A stretch of 64,000 bases of DNA from Octopus sinensis (GCF_006345805.1 NC_043020.1:23746001-23810000), one strand, 5' to 3'. Counted from the stretch's first letter, positions 1-12,883 are shown. The notes: generated from the sequence alone by a model not told the origin. A program made the numbers and translations.

Positions 1-59
1 GCAAACAGAAGAAATTCGTATAAGTGTTCAGACACTATGTGTGTGTGTGTGTGTGTGTA

Positions 60-101
<42 letters not shown>

Positions 102-289
102 CTGTGTGTTGTGTAGGCTCCTATGTTTTTGAGTTTCTATTACGTTTTTCTTGTTTTGTTTTGATTTAAATATTCTTCCCTTTGTACGACTCTACACTGA
201 TTAAGTCCTCTCGACGTTACTGTTTCGAGTCCGCAGACTCATAGGGCCGACTGCTCGGCTTCAGTACCGTGCAAGCGACTGAGGTTACA

Positions 290-469
290 GTATTTCTTCA
301 CTGAGCTGAACGCTAGTACGTCGTATGGCTATTCATTTACAGCTAGCTGGGTGAACTGGAGCAATGTGAAATGGCGAGTTTTGCTAAAAGACCCGGTTTT
401 TTTGGAATCGAAACGACGATTTCTCAATCACGAGTACAGCACTCTAACCCGTAGGTCACGTGCTTTCAC
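290..469 (-). mobile_element. Degenerate tRNA-derived SINE (family C-like head)
   Basis: Minus strand reads GTGAAAGCACGTGACCTACGGGTTAGAGTG...GTTTCGATTCC (A/B-box-like), then CACATTGCTCCAGTTCACCCAGCT, shared with the copies at 29510 and 53496. Confidence 0.7.
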
Positions 470-683
470 TCGCTGATTGGCGTAGGTAAACGAATTTGTC
501 AAGAGGCTACGTGAGTCAGTGTCCACATACGCATTGGAAACACAATAGCTATCTATGCATTTCTCTAGAGTTTTACATATATGTACATACAACGTATGCA
601 TGGTGTTGTTATTGATCCTATGTGTATAAGTATGTATATATATGTGTATATGTATATACATGCAAATGTATACAAACATACAT

Positions 684-726
<43 letters not shown>

Positions 727-849
727 ATAAGTTATATGATGTATAAAAACATGCAATATACAAATAAATATCTGTAGATATAAAACCATCTGAATTTCTG
801 AGTACCTCGTTTCTTCTAATATAAAATACCTGTACATCATCTCCAAATC

Positions 850-920
<71 letters not shown>

Positions 921-1640
921 AGCACACATGCACGTACATACAATATATATGTATTGTAGAATTTGGCCAATTTTCCAAGCACTTGTTACAGATTCCCTAG
1001 GTGTATGATGAGAACCAGAGCTGAAACCCTGGATCAATAATCCTATAACGAACGTTATTCTATTTTGAGATTTGCTTACACACAATGCAATTCAACCTCG
1101 AAATTCACATAGAAAAAAAATAAGACAGTTATGTGAGTATATGTCTAGATTTTTACATATACAAACTTCCTTCAAGAAGTTTTGAGACTTTTTCAGGAGA
1201 GACATGTATTAATATTTCAAAGAAGTATCAAACTCTAATTCTTCCAAAGTGAGTTCCTCTGACTTCGATGTATTCCACTCACTTATATTTTTTCTTCCAA
1301 AATTTTCGTTTCTTTTGCAACCTTGTCAATGGATGTTGTTCTGTCCCTTACTGGAGCAGCTTTTGTATGTCGGTTGCCTCAGATTTGTTTATACCAACTT
1401 AATACTCCATCTGTCTGATTATATAAGTTACTGTCTCACTAAAAATGATCTCAAGTTAACTTTAAAACATCACATTTATTTATATTTCATAGGTTAAAAT
1501 AAATTTTATTACTTTTCACACTGGTGCTGTCTGCAGATTATTTTTGCTCTAAACTATTCGACATTCTAAATAAAGTGAAGAAAGTATAAAACCGCTCAAA
1601 ATTATTCTTCTGCAAATTCTAATCAGTTATTATAAACATG

Positions 1641-1960
1641 TGGAGGCGCAATGGCCCAGTGGTTAGAGCAGCGGACTCGCGGTCGGAGGATCGTGGTTTC
1701 GATTCCCAGACCGGGTGTTGTGTGTGTTTATTGAGTGAAAACACCTAAAGCTCCATGAGGCTCCGCCAGGGGGTGGTGGCGACCCCTGTTGTACTCTTTC
1801 GCCCCAACTTCCTCTCACACTTTCTTCTTGCTTCTTGAGTAACACTGCGATGGACTGGAGTCCCGTCCAGCTAGGGAGGAACACATACGCCACATAAACC
1901 GGGAAGCCGGGCACATGAGCCTGGCTAGGCTTGAAAAGGACGCATAAATAAAAATAAATA
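1641..1960 (+). mobile_element. Near full-length tRNA-derived SINE with V-SINE-like central motif
   Basis: A box TGGCCCAGTGG, B box GTTTCGATTCC, GCGATGGACTGGAGTCCCGTCCAG (resembles the V domain), A-rich tail. Confidence 0.8.
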
Positions 1961-2097
1961 TTATAAACATAATTATGTGCGTGTATTCATGAATATCAAA
2001 TAAGCTTTGAAAACATCGCAAATTGTATTTACGTGGATTTATCAATAGTTGAAGAATTGTACGAGTCGAATGAAGATCCACGTTGTTAAGCGACACG

Positions 2098-2250
2098 GGC
2101 AAAGGTGGGCAAACACGCCAACCTTTATGGAGAAGCGGGCCGCATGAGATATTGTTATCTCATCAGGCAGCATGCACTACTAAAAAATTGAAGGTAATAT
2201 TTTGTTAGGCGTGCCGTTCAGAAACACCGCGTAACGCAGTATACCCATGA
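2098..2250. mobile_element. Possible decayed hAT-type MITE
   Basis: CAAAGGTGGGCAAAC...GCGGGCCGCATG resembles hAT/Charlie MITE ends; no clear partner TIR. Confidence 0.3.
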
Positions 2251-3417
2251 TAGTTGTAAGTCAATCTCGAATAGATTTATAATCAAAGCCAATCCAACCA
2301 TAACCACTTCGTCTCTGTCTTTCTTTAAACACTTAGATAGTTCGAGTGCCACGTAAATAAAATCTGAATTGATTTATAAGCTTATTTAATATTCATGCAT
2401 ACACGAACATAATATGTTTATGATAATTGATTAGAATTTTTAGAAGCATAATTTTGAACTGTTTTATATTTTCTTGAGTTTCTTTAGAATGTCAAATGGT
2501 TTAGAAAAGAAAAAAAAATCTACAGATGTCGCCTGTGTCAAAAGTAATAAAATGAGCGTTAACCTATAAAATATAAACAGAGGTGATTTTTCAAGTTAAC
2601 TTGAATTAATTTTTAGTGAGACAGATAACCAAACGGATAAAATATCAATTTAGAATTAACATATCTGATTCGCCTGGCACAAAAAAGTTAACCAGAAATA
2701 TTAACTGATTGTGGAAACAGTGGGAAAATACCAATCAAAATGTGTTACTACCACCAATTCTCTCTTTTGTAGCTTCGCACTTATTCTGACCTTTTTAGCA
2801 GCTCTTGTTAAGTCTAACTGGACGTTTAGAACACGTCACCATCAATGGTGAAAATTGTTTGGTAATAGGTAGCGAATCATAATATTCATGTGCAGTTTCC
2901 GGCGCAAAAGAGTTATGTTGTGCTGAGGAGCCCACATTAGGACAAAATGGTGGTACCCTCAATTACTGAAATGTCTAATAGATGAATTATACAGAAATGT
3001 GGAAATATTATGTGCTCTTCCATCTTTTTACTCATAGGAAAAAGATCTCTCTATATAAAGAAAAATATAAACCTAGAGTCCATTCTCTCCCCTTGAGAAG
3101 AATATTCACTCTCTCTCTCTCTCAGCTCATAGCAATCACCCAGTCTCTGTTATTCTATAGGCAGCTACAAGCAGCAGCAGCAACAGTAGCAGCAGTAGGA
3201 GTAGTAGCCGCAGCGACAGCAGTAATTTCCAATCAAATAACCACGTGAAAATAACATTAATTTTACTTATATTCAACTTTTCTCTCTCACCACACTATTA
3301 TTCCTTGCTTACCACTTCTTCAAAATAATTTAGAAATAAATTAGTTAACATATACATAGACACATACAAGTCCTCTCCTGTGTTCGATATTTCTTCTATT
3401 TTTATAAATATTCTTTA

Positions 3418-3805
3418 CTAGCAGTATTGCCCAGCGTTGCTCGGGTTTGTTTCGACCCTTTAGAATTTGAATTTTTGAAAAGTAAAAATTGTGCATTATG
3501 TAGCTTGTTATTCTCTTTAAGTGAGCATTTTTCTGGTTGAAATACACCGAAAAATGGCGACACAGCAGTCAAAAAATCGTAAAAAATCGGTATTTTTATA
3601 GAAAATAGCACCTTTTTGATGTTAATAATTTTTGGCGTTAACATGATCCGATTTGAATCTTTCTTTTACGGAAGGAAGAGCAAGCCTTCTTCTATCATAC
3701 TCTCAATTTTGGTCATCTTGCACCGCAGGATTTTGGAGGAGATAGTGTTAGTTGAAGGCTATCAAACCTGCCACACACAGACAACTTCAGCTTTATATAT
3801 ATAGA
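3418..3805 (-). mobile_element. Non-autonomous Helitron
   Basis: Minus strand starts A|TCTATATATATAAAG and ends with hairpin CCCGAGCAACGCTGGG then CTAG|T: TC...CTAG ends at an AT target with no TSD. Confidence 0.85.
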
Positions 3806-4339
3806 TTTGTAAAAGTGTTGTAACTTTGAAAAGTTAATATTTAGCTTTGTAGAAGAATAGAACTTCTACATTGAGGGATAGATTTTAAAATCAGCCAGTG
3901 ATGTTTGCTAATTATCCAGGTACCCCAGCCCGAACGTTCTTCTGAACAGGTTGATCAACTGACTTTCATCGTAGCCCAGGGTCTCTCCCAAGGAATCTTC
4001 GGTCTTCGATCCCATTATTCCGCTATAGAAATCCGAAGTGGAACTCTTGTTGCCACTCTACCGTTTTTGCTGTACAGAAATGCCTCATTTTTGGAAAAAC
4101 AAATCATCTTTTTTGTTCTCTGTAAATTTGATATTGATCGATGGCAATATTTCTCAAAGTAAAATCGTAGAAACCTCTCAATTTGTATTTAAACCAACAA
4201 ATATATGTCTACTTATTGTGAAATATTATATTTGCAATAACAATCAGACACAAAGTCTTTAAAAACCAAGACCAACAAGTATCTTCATCAATTCATTAAA
4301 TAAACTAACAGCAGAAATAAAACTTCCTTGAACATATGA

Positions 4340-5940
4340 ACTATGGTAAAACTTTTCTCTTTCTTGATTGTCTGTCATGTTCAATGTTATTTAAGTCTCT
4401 TTTGATACTGCAGCAGTAGCCAGCCATCATTCGTTTGTTTCACCGTCCCTGGTAGCGCTCTTCCATTGTTTTCATATCCCGATGCAATCGTTCTCCTTGC
4501 TCATCACTCACATCGCCGCAATTATCCGATGATGGCTATGTAAAAAAATGAACCTTAATACTCATATTAGCGCCTATGTTCTGTAGACTTTCCAACAGCT
4601 TTTCCACTAACCTCTTGTAGTTTTCCGCCCGTTGACTGCCTAAGACGTCTTTCACCACATCAACAAACAATGTCCAAGCGCGTAATTCCAAGTCATTCCT
4701 TGAATTAACAAGTTCATCATCCTTAATGAGTTTCCTGATATCAGGACCATCAAACACTCCTGTTTTGAGTTTTTCGGTGTTAAGTCCTGGAAACGATTTA
4801 CATATATACTCAAAACATTTACTTTCTTTGTCGAATGATTTTACATATTGTTTCATTAATCCTAGTTTCATATGCAAGGGAGGTGATTTTTCTTTCGGAA
4901 CTAGTGCTGCACTAATAACGTTCTTTTCCCTAACCTTCAGCTCACAGGGTTGCCAATCTTTCCTTTTCTAGTGCTCCGCTTTTGCCATACTGTCCCACAT
5001 ACACAGAAAACACGGGAATTTCGTGTAGCCACTTTGTTGACCAAGCAGGAAATTTACCATTTTCAAATCGACACATAACACCTATTTATGTTTGGTGTAG
5101 TCAATCTGTTCCATAACCTGTTTGATGGCATCATGTTTTTCTTTCAGTGTTGTTGAATGACCTATAGATATTGGTGCATACATGTTGGTATCATGGAGCA
5201 AAACGCATTTCAAACTACGTTTCGAACTATCAATGAACAATCTCCATTCATCAGGATCGTATTTGTGGACGCCTAATCGAAGAAAAACGCTCTCAACGTC
5301 ATTGCAATGAACAAGATTCGTGGTCTCCTTAAAAAGTAGTACACATTTAGAATCTCTAGTCTTTTGTTGAGCCTAGAGGCCATAAGTTCTGTTGATTCTT
5401 TGCTTAGATTTAAGTTTCGAAGCAAATCATTCATCTCTTTTTGGTTAAACGGCTCTGGCATGGTTTCAGGGTCATTTTCACTGTCTCTCTCATTTACATC
5501 ACTATCAGACTTGTCACTTTTAATAAGTTTCAACAAATTTTCGTGAAAAACTGGGATTGGCAAATCATATGAATGTGACACTGACCGAATAGCGGAATGA
5601 AGATTAGGATGGTCGATAGATTTGCGTTTCTTTTGGCTCAGTCCCGCAATACTGACTGAGCACAAGCAACATTCGTCAGAGTGGCTCTTTGGCTCACGCC
5701 AGATCATAGGAATTGCGAATCTCAGCGATTTTCGGGTACCTGAAGTCGGCTGTTTTATGTGTTCCAAACATGGTTTGCAAACAATGTGAGGGGCCCATGA
5801 TTTGTCCTGATCACCAAGCTCGACGTGAAAGGAAACACAATAGGCTTTCTTGTAAAAGTCAGATATCGGTTTCCTGTGTACTCACCGCATGTACAGCAAA
5901 ATAAGTTGGGATCATTTTTGCCTCCTCTCGTTGAAGCCAT
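4340..5940 (-). pseudogene. Decayed Chapaev3 (CMC superfamily) transposase
   Basis: Frameshifted pieces MASTRG.KNDPNLFCCTCGEY, FAIPMIWREPKSHSDECCLC, HMKLGLMKQYVK...GVFDGPDIRKL and DVSDEQGERLHRDMKTMEERYQGR match Chapaev3 motifs as recalled; TIRs not identified. Confidence 0.8.
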
Positions 5941-6447
5941 GACATTTGATATCTACCTCTATGATTAAAAAAGAACACGAGTTGGTTGAGCATTTACATT
6001 ACACTTTGCGTGTTCACATTTTGGTAATTTGATCTTTCAAAATGTCCCACAGAAATACTCGAAAAACTGTCAATAACAAAAGACGGAAGGAGTCATTATG
6101 CTGATTCTACTTCGAATCTTCGTAATCCCGCGTGGAGGGCAGATGTTATGGTGAAAGCATTTTCATGATGTTCATCATGTACAATAGAATCGGTGCATTA
6201 AATTCGGATGTCTTTAGTTGGATTTTTTCCATCTGTGAAAACAAAAGCTCTTAATGTGCTTGGTTTCCTTCCGTATTGAAGGGATAAAAGTGATGCGATA
6301 AATTTATGAATAAAATTGTATAAAATTGAAAATTCTCTTATCTTATTGAAAAAGTATTACTGATGGGATAGTCGCTTATGACATTAAAAATAGTTTAAAA
6401 GGTAAAATTGAATTAATATATAAGGGGAGGTAAAATAGTAATTATTA

Positions 6448-6511
<64 letters not shown>

Positions 6512-6660
6512 AGATATGTTTCTTTTTCTAACTTATCTTAGATAAAATTGCTGATGATATGAATTATTTAAATAAAGCTTATTGTCATGAAAAATAATAA
6601 TAACATAAAGTATTCCTTATTCAGACATCAAGGGAAGTGTCTCACTATCTATACACATAC

Positions 6661-6712
<52 letters not shown>

Positions 6713-6755
6713 TATATATATTATATATATATATATATATTATGTATATATATTA

Positions 6756-6799
<44 letters not shown>

Positions 6800-7287
6800 A
6801 TATATATGTATATATTTATATATATATGTATGTATATATATATCCAATGGAGATGTATTTCATAGACATGCGCACCACTACGATATAACCTTATTTAAAC
6901 ATGGATATAAAAATAAAATAGAATACTGTAAACATGATAATATTAATAATATAAACATAACTAAATATAAAAGAAACCTGAAAAAATTTTCACATAAAAT
7001 ATTAGCATAAAACTAGAAACCAGAACATATATAAACATGAAATAGATATTCATTATGAAGATAAGACTATTGAAAGCAAAATTAATATCACTAAGCATCA
7101 AAATGGAATAGATAACACTACATCAAATAATACACCTAAAATAAAAAAAAAAAAATTAATTTGCAATTAATATTATAATGATAATCAAGCATCCAATAAA
7201 AATTATGAGCACACTAACTCAACTAAGCATATTAAATCCAAAATAGAACATAATACAACTTTAATTAATAATAACACTGATAAATCC

Positions 7288-7440
7288 AATAAAATTTGGT
7301 TAATTATTTCATGGGCTATGCAAATCAAAAATAATACAATTGATTCAATATTCAAGGTTATCCATAAACATTTTAATACCAATAATAAATATAATGAAAT
7401 AATTAACAATAAAACCGTTAATATTGGATTTAACCTAGCA
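7288..7440 (+). pseudogene. Penelope-like element ORF remnant (RT to GIY-YIG linker)
   Basis: NKIWLIISWAMQIKNNTIDSIFKVIHKHFNTNNKYNEIINNKTVNIGF resembles the PLE block IIWFNPPYS...FLKLIDKHF...KIFNRNTVKVSY. Confidence 0.6.
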
Positions 7441-7629
7441 ATAACTTATTTACTATTATAACTTCCATAAATAATAGAAATATTATAACTTCCATAAATA
7501 ATAGAAATATTATAAATAATAGATAAATTCTACTTAAATTGAAACACCCATAGTAATAACCATATTAACTCCACTGGGCTTAATATGCTCCTTACTAGCT
7601 GATATATATACTGATATATATACTGCATA

Positions 7630-8054
7630 CTCTCTTTTACTCTTTTACTTGTTTCAGTCATTTGACTGCGGCCATGCTGGAGCACCGCCTTTAGTCGAGC
7701 AAATCGACCCCAGGACTTATTCTTTGTAAGCCCAGCACTTATTCTATCGGTCTCTTTTGCCGAACCGTTAAGTGACGGGGGCGTAAACACACCAGCATCG
7801 GTTGTCAAGCAATGCTAGGGGGACAAACACAGACACACAAACACATACATATATATATATACATATATACGACAGGCTTCTTTCAGATTCCGTCTACTAA
7901 ATCCACTCACAAGGCATTGGTCGGCCCGGGGCTATAGCAGAAGACACTTGCCCAAGATGCCACGGAGTGGGTCTGAAACCGGAACCATGTGGTTGGTTAG
8001 CAAGCAACCATGTGTTTGATTAGTAAGCTACTTACCACACAACCACTCCTGCGC
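7630..8054 (-). mobile_element. tRNA-derived SINE, family A
   Basis: Head GCGCAGGAGTGGTTGTGTGGTAAG, CORE-like CTTGGGCAAGTGTC, tail GGCGGTGCTCCAGCATGGCCGCAGTCAAATGACTGAAACAAGTAAAAGAG; many copies in the window. Confidence 0.85.
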
Positions 8055-8058
8055 ATGT

Positions 8059-8106
<48 letters not shown>

Positions 8107-8734
8107 TCTGTATAAAAAGATGAAGGTTCGTTCTGATTATGATCAGCATTTTATTTTATGCTTTATCTATCTCTCACATTAATTCCCTCAATTTTATAAA
8201 CAAATTATAAAAGTATTCATTTATTTATTCTCTCATTCATATGATACTATTATTCCCTGTTTATACTCATTATCTTACTTTTATTTATTCATTTACTAAT
8301 TATTATCCTATTTTTATCCACACTATCCATTACCAACTAATATTACCTTATACCCATGGCCTAGGTCTATATTCCTATTTGTAATTAAATGATATTCAGT
8401 CTGTTAAAATAATTTGGAAATATAACATCTGATAACATAACTGTATGCCTCTTTCTACTCCTTTGATACGATTTTGGCCAATACAATGATTTAATAACTA
8501 GAATTTGATCTGTGTCCAAAATCGAAATAGCTTAAGAGAATATGTTGAATTTTTGCAGTCAATAAATTATGTTAATGCTACATCTTCATTTTCTGAATTT
8601 AAATTTGAATATTCATAAACTTAGATTTATACTTAAGCCTATTATTTATGAATATTACTATTTACAAAAGAATAATTGGCAATGAACCAGTATTCATTGG
8701 ATGTTTTTATCACTAGATGAAACAATTTTAACCC

Positions 8735-8802
<68 letters not shown>

Positions 8803-8810
8803 ATATATAT

Positions 8811-9023
8811 ATAAAATAGAATAGAGTGAAAAAACTACAGAAGGCTTGTTTTATAAGGTTAAAGAATATAGTTAAGTCGTTATGTTAGAAGAATGTTATA
8901 AAATTTTTCATATAGTAACCTAGTTTTTGAAGAAATTACCGGTTCGTGTTTTCAAATTTCTCAATTCTTTTATACATACATACATACATATATATATATA
9001 CATAATACATACACATATATATA

Positions 9024-9066
<43 letters not shown>

Positions 9067-9478
9067 CATATATAGGTAGCTGCCTCGTGTAATTTCTGTC
9101 CCTTCTGGCTCCTTTACTGATGAGCGCGTTGGCCTTTTGGAAGATTGACTTGATTAAGTTTAATTTAATTTAATCAGGCTGGTTTACCATTAAAATACGC
9201 CGAAACAATGCATTGTCTAAAGAAGAACAGGGTAAATGTTTTTAAAATTTTTCCTCTGATTTCGGAATTACTAGTATTTGCGGTTGGAGACCTGGCTGCT
9301 ATTTCTAGTGGGTCGAACGGCCTATTATAGCCGTTCCTCAATTGTTGTATATATATATATATATATGGACGGGAAGAGTGAGAAGTTGGCGCTATATTTG
9401 GCGTCGAAGGGAAAACGTGTCCGAGTCTACAACGAGGCAAAGCTGCAGGAAGCCATCATATATATACATATAATATAT

Positions 9479-9532
<54 letters not shown>

Positions 9533-9707
9533 ATATATGTATAAAGACATTTGAGAAATTTGAAAAGTTAACACGAAAACGGTAATTTCTTCAAAAACTA
9601 TGTACTATATGAAAAATTTTATAACATTCTTCTAACATAACGACTTAAAATATTCTTTAACCTTATAAAACAAGCCTTCTGTAGTTTTTCACTCTTTTCT
9701 ATTTTAT
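8811..9707. repeat. Inverted repeat pair (arms ~8811-8975 and ~9538-9707) enclosing (TA)n and a hammerhead-bearing insert
   Basis: The arms are reverse complements, e.g. ACTACAGAAGGCTTGTTTTATAAGGTTAAAGAATA versus TATTCTTTAACCTTATAAAACAAGCCTTCTGTAGT. Confidence 0.85.
9112..9222 (+). ncRNA. Type-I hammerhead ribozyme motif, intact core
   Basis: CTTTA-CTGATGA-(stem II G(C)GCGT/ACGCC, long loop)-GAAA-CAATGCATTG-TC-TAAAG. Stem I CTTTA/TAAAG, palindromic stem III, predicted cleavage after C9217. Confidence 0.75.
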
Positions 9708-9723
9708 ATATATATATATATAT

Positions 9724-9763
<40 letters not shown>

Positions 9764-10205
9764 ATAAGGGTAGAAATGATATTAACCAATTAAACCAGTG
9801 GCCTAGCATATTTTTAAAATGTAAGCATAGTACGTCACGAAACGTGTACAAAAACAGAGTACGAAGCATGAGTACATGGAACATGAACTATTCTTTCGAA
9901 CAACGAAAGACACAAATGGAAAACAAATGGCGGTGCCCCAGCATGGCCACAGCTCATGAGCTGAAACTAGAATCAATCAATCAAACGACATAAAGAAAGA
10001 CCCTTCATCAGTTGTTGGCTGTTTTTCTAGTGTCGTATTTCGAGCATTTAACAACAATATACACTTTCGATAAAACAGCTGCTCTCGCAAAGCAAAGTAG
10101 TCTATCTTGCGTACACCGCGAAAAATGAACATCACTTGGTCACATTCCATGAGATATCTTGGTCTTTTCAGTCCTATTTCTCCATCTATCTATCTATCTA
10201 TCTAT

Positions 10206-11150
10206 CTATGGACAACTTCCAGAGATCCCTGGCCTGGCGGTGCTACCGAGAAGCGCTACCCGTTCGGGATAAGCTCTATAGGCATGGCTCGAGAAACACG
10301 GGGCCGACCTGCCCGAGATGCGGGCAGAGCGACGAAACCGCTCTGCACGCAATCGTGCAGTGTCCAGCAATTCCCACCTGTGGGCTTATGTCGAACGACT
10401 GCTGTCACGTGTGGGACGTGTCGTGTCGGTTTATCAGCCGAGTCTATCGTTAATATCGTCACGCCTCCTTCCTTCAAACGGGAAGGAAGAGCTATTTTTA
10501 TCATACTTGTGGCTATGGCGAAAGAATGTATCTGGTGGAGCGTCTGAAAGGATTAGAGACAAACACTTTCCTCTCTGGTCAATCTCTCATCAACTTCTTC
10601 AAGTATCACTTGAAGAAAAAAGTGAGAGTAGAGAGGCAAGTTTTGTCTAGCGAATGTTTTAAAAAAAGATGGGTGAATGTAGCAAGGATGGCACGTATGA
10701 ATGACGAAGCCCTTGAATATGATTCTATGAACCGTAAAAATTAATACAGAGAGTTGCTTATTTGCAAAAAAAAAAAAAAAAAAAGAAATATAACATGTGA
10801 CTTCATTGACCGAGGTTACCGTGGTTTTTCCGCAGGCTTTTCTTTCACGGGTAAACCTCACCTGTCCCCCCCCTTTACACTTCATATTGACATTTCTGTG
10901 ATAACGATCCCTATTGATCAATTTTTTTCCTCTCCCCCTTTTTTTTAACCCCCCCTTTTTTTGTCCTCTTTCTCACCTTTTACGATCCCTTTTGATCGAC
11001 CCCCCCTTTGTTATTTTATTTTTATTTTATTTTTTATTTTTTTAATTTTTTTTATTTATTTATTTATTTATTTTTTAAACCTTCAAAAGAAAAGCTCTAC
11101 CTTGTAATTTGTTCTATCTGTGTGCAGCCCTGTGTGGCTAATAAAGAAAC
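10206..11150 (+). mobile_element. 5'-truncated Tx1/L1-clade LINE (zinc knuckle and 3' UTR) in (TATC)n
   Basis: CPRCGQSDETALHAIVQC; near-identical to 62701-63615; (TATC)n on both sides. Confidence 0.9.
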
Positions 11151-11151
11151 A

Positions 11152-11194
<43 letters not shown>

Positions 11195-11664
11195 ATGCGC
11201 CGTGCCAGGCCGGACCATCCATGACAACCTCCATCTGATGCGCTACATCATAGACAGGGTAGTTACGACGAACCTGGCATGGGTGGGGCCCTGATCAACT
11301 TGGATCAATCAAAAGCCTTTGATAGGGCTAGACCATCGATACTTTGGCAGAGCAGTCCTGAGAGCGGCTGGTTTCGGTCCCGTCTTCCGCGGCTGGATGA
11401 TAGCTGCCTTGTACAGAGGCATCCTTCGGTAATTCGCGTAAATGGACATCTATCGAGACCTTTCGACATTGCACGTTCGGTCCGTCAGGGATGCCCCTCT
11501 CGGCGCTTCTATACGTATTGACTCTTGAGCCACTACTGCGGAAGCTGGCGACTCTAAGGGCATCCCGCGAGAATTGGGATGCGGACGACGAGCGTGTCTG
11601 CATACGCGGACGACGTCACCGTCATAGTGTCTAGCCACGAGCACATCGAGCTGGTCGGCGAGAC
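11195..11664 (+). mobile_element. Further Tx1/L1-clade LINE copy, RT region, cut by the assembly gap
   Basis: CAVPGRTIHDNLHLMRYII, LDQSKAFDR, SVRQGCP and AYADDV; starts directly after (ATCT)n. Confidence 0.88.
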
Positions 11665-11764
11665 NNNNNNNNNNNNNNNNNNNNNNNNNNNNNNNNNNNN
11701 NNNNNNNNNNNNNNNNNNNNNNNNNNNNNNNNNNNNNNNNNNNNNNNNNNNNNNNNNNNNNNNN
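11665..11764. other. Assembly gap (100 N)
   Basis: Run of N. Confidence 0.99.
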
Positions 11765-11885
11765 TATGTGTAGATGTATATATATAGAATGATAAATATC
11801 ATGTACATGTAATATGTACACATATATATACACATATATACATGCACTAGCACTAAGACCCGGCAACTACGGGTCATAATGTTAG
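11765..11885 (+). mobile_element. 3' end of a Helitron, same family as 56540-57983
   Basis: CACTAGCACTAAGACCCGGCAACTACGGGTCATAATGTTAG matches the reverse complement of 56540-56580; upstream sequence also matches. Confidence 0.8.
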
Positions 11886-12009
11886 TATATATATATATAT
11901 ATATGCTTATATATTATATATATATGATGTATATATATGTATGTATGTATGCATAAAATATATTTATATCTATATGTATATCTATCTATATATACATATA
12001 TATACATAT

Positions 12010-12042
<33 letters not shown>

Positions 12043-12072
12043 ATATAATACATATATTATAGCAGTTATATA

Positions 12073-12139
<67 letters not shown>

Positions 12140-12156
12140 ATATTATATACATATAA

Positions 12157-12218
<62 letters not shown>

Positions 12219-12424
12219 TTATAATATAATATATATCTGAGTAGTTGAATGAATTATCTTATTATGGATAATTCGGTAACCGATACCTGTGGTAGCAAAT
12301 TCACGTCAGAAAAACCGGTTGAAGCTACATACCAAGGGCAGAGATCACGTGCTTCGTGTGGAATTTGTGTGTTTTTTTAATACAAATAAATGAAAGAATG
12401 GAGTTGAACGACGAATTAACAAAA

Positions 12425-12523
12425 TTCCTTTAATCTCCACATATGTTTCGAAGGCTGCATATTCCTAATTTCGAAGGAATAAGGGGTGCATTATGCCGCC
12501 TTCTCATCAGGAAAAACAAGGAA
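12425..12523 (-). ncRNA. Hammerhead motif, left arm (GUG at the cleavage triplet)
   Basis: Minus strand: CTGATGA-GAAGGCGGCATA...TATGCAGCCTTC-GAAA-CATATG-TG-GAGATTAAAGGAA. Confidence 0.65.
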
Positions 12524-12737
12524 CTTAGGCCAGCATCAAGATGAACAAAACGTTTAGATGACTGCCCACACGGAGCCCATAGCGATAATGAGTGTTTCTT
12601 TAAAATATTCCGTTATAAGCAGTGACGTCCAAAATGGTTGCTTATAACGGAATATTTTAAAGAAACACTCATTATCGCTATGAGCTCCGTGTGGGCAGTC
12701 ATCTAAAAGTTTTTGTTCATCTTGATGCTGACATAAG

Positions 12738-12836
12738 TTCCTTGTTTTTCCTGATGATAAGGCGGCATAATGCACCCCTTATTCCTTCGAAATTAGGAAT
12801 ATGCAGCCTTCGAAACATATGTCGAGAATAAAGGAA
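12738..12836 (+). ncRNA. Hammerhead motif, right arm (GUC site)
   Basis: TTCCTTGTTTTTC-CTGATGA-TAAGGCGGCATA...TATGCAGCCTTC-GAAA-CATATG-TC-GAGAATAAAGGAA; predicted cleavage after C12823. Confidence 0.72.
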
Positions 12837-12883
12837 TTTTGTTAATTCGTCGTTCAACTCCATTCTTTCATTTATTTATATAT

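Larger units (their letters stand above)
12384..12877. repeat. Near-perfect ~238 bp inverted repeat with 17 bp spacer, probably an inverted PLE pLTR pair
   Basis: Arms 12384-12621 and 12639-12877 are reverse complements with few substitutions; each holds a hammerhead. Confidence 0.92.

Noticed and set aside
1641-1715. tRNA-like sequence
   Set aside because: Continues into a SINE body with no acceptor-stem closure; a SINE head, not a tRNA gene.
2152-2167. CTGATGA on the minus strand
   Set aside because: Part of a simple hairpin (ATGAGAT/ATCTCAT) with no downstream GAAA or stem III.
6551-6600. CTGATGA...GAAA
   Set aside because: No convincing stem I or stem III pairing.
9890-10015. Minus-strand CTGATGAAGGG
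   Set aside because: Interrupted by a SINE tail; the rest of a hammerhead could not be assembled.
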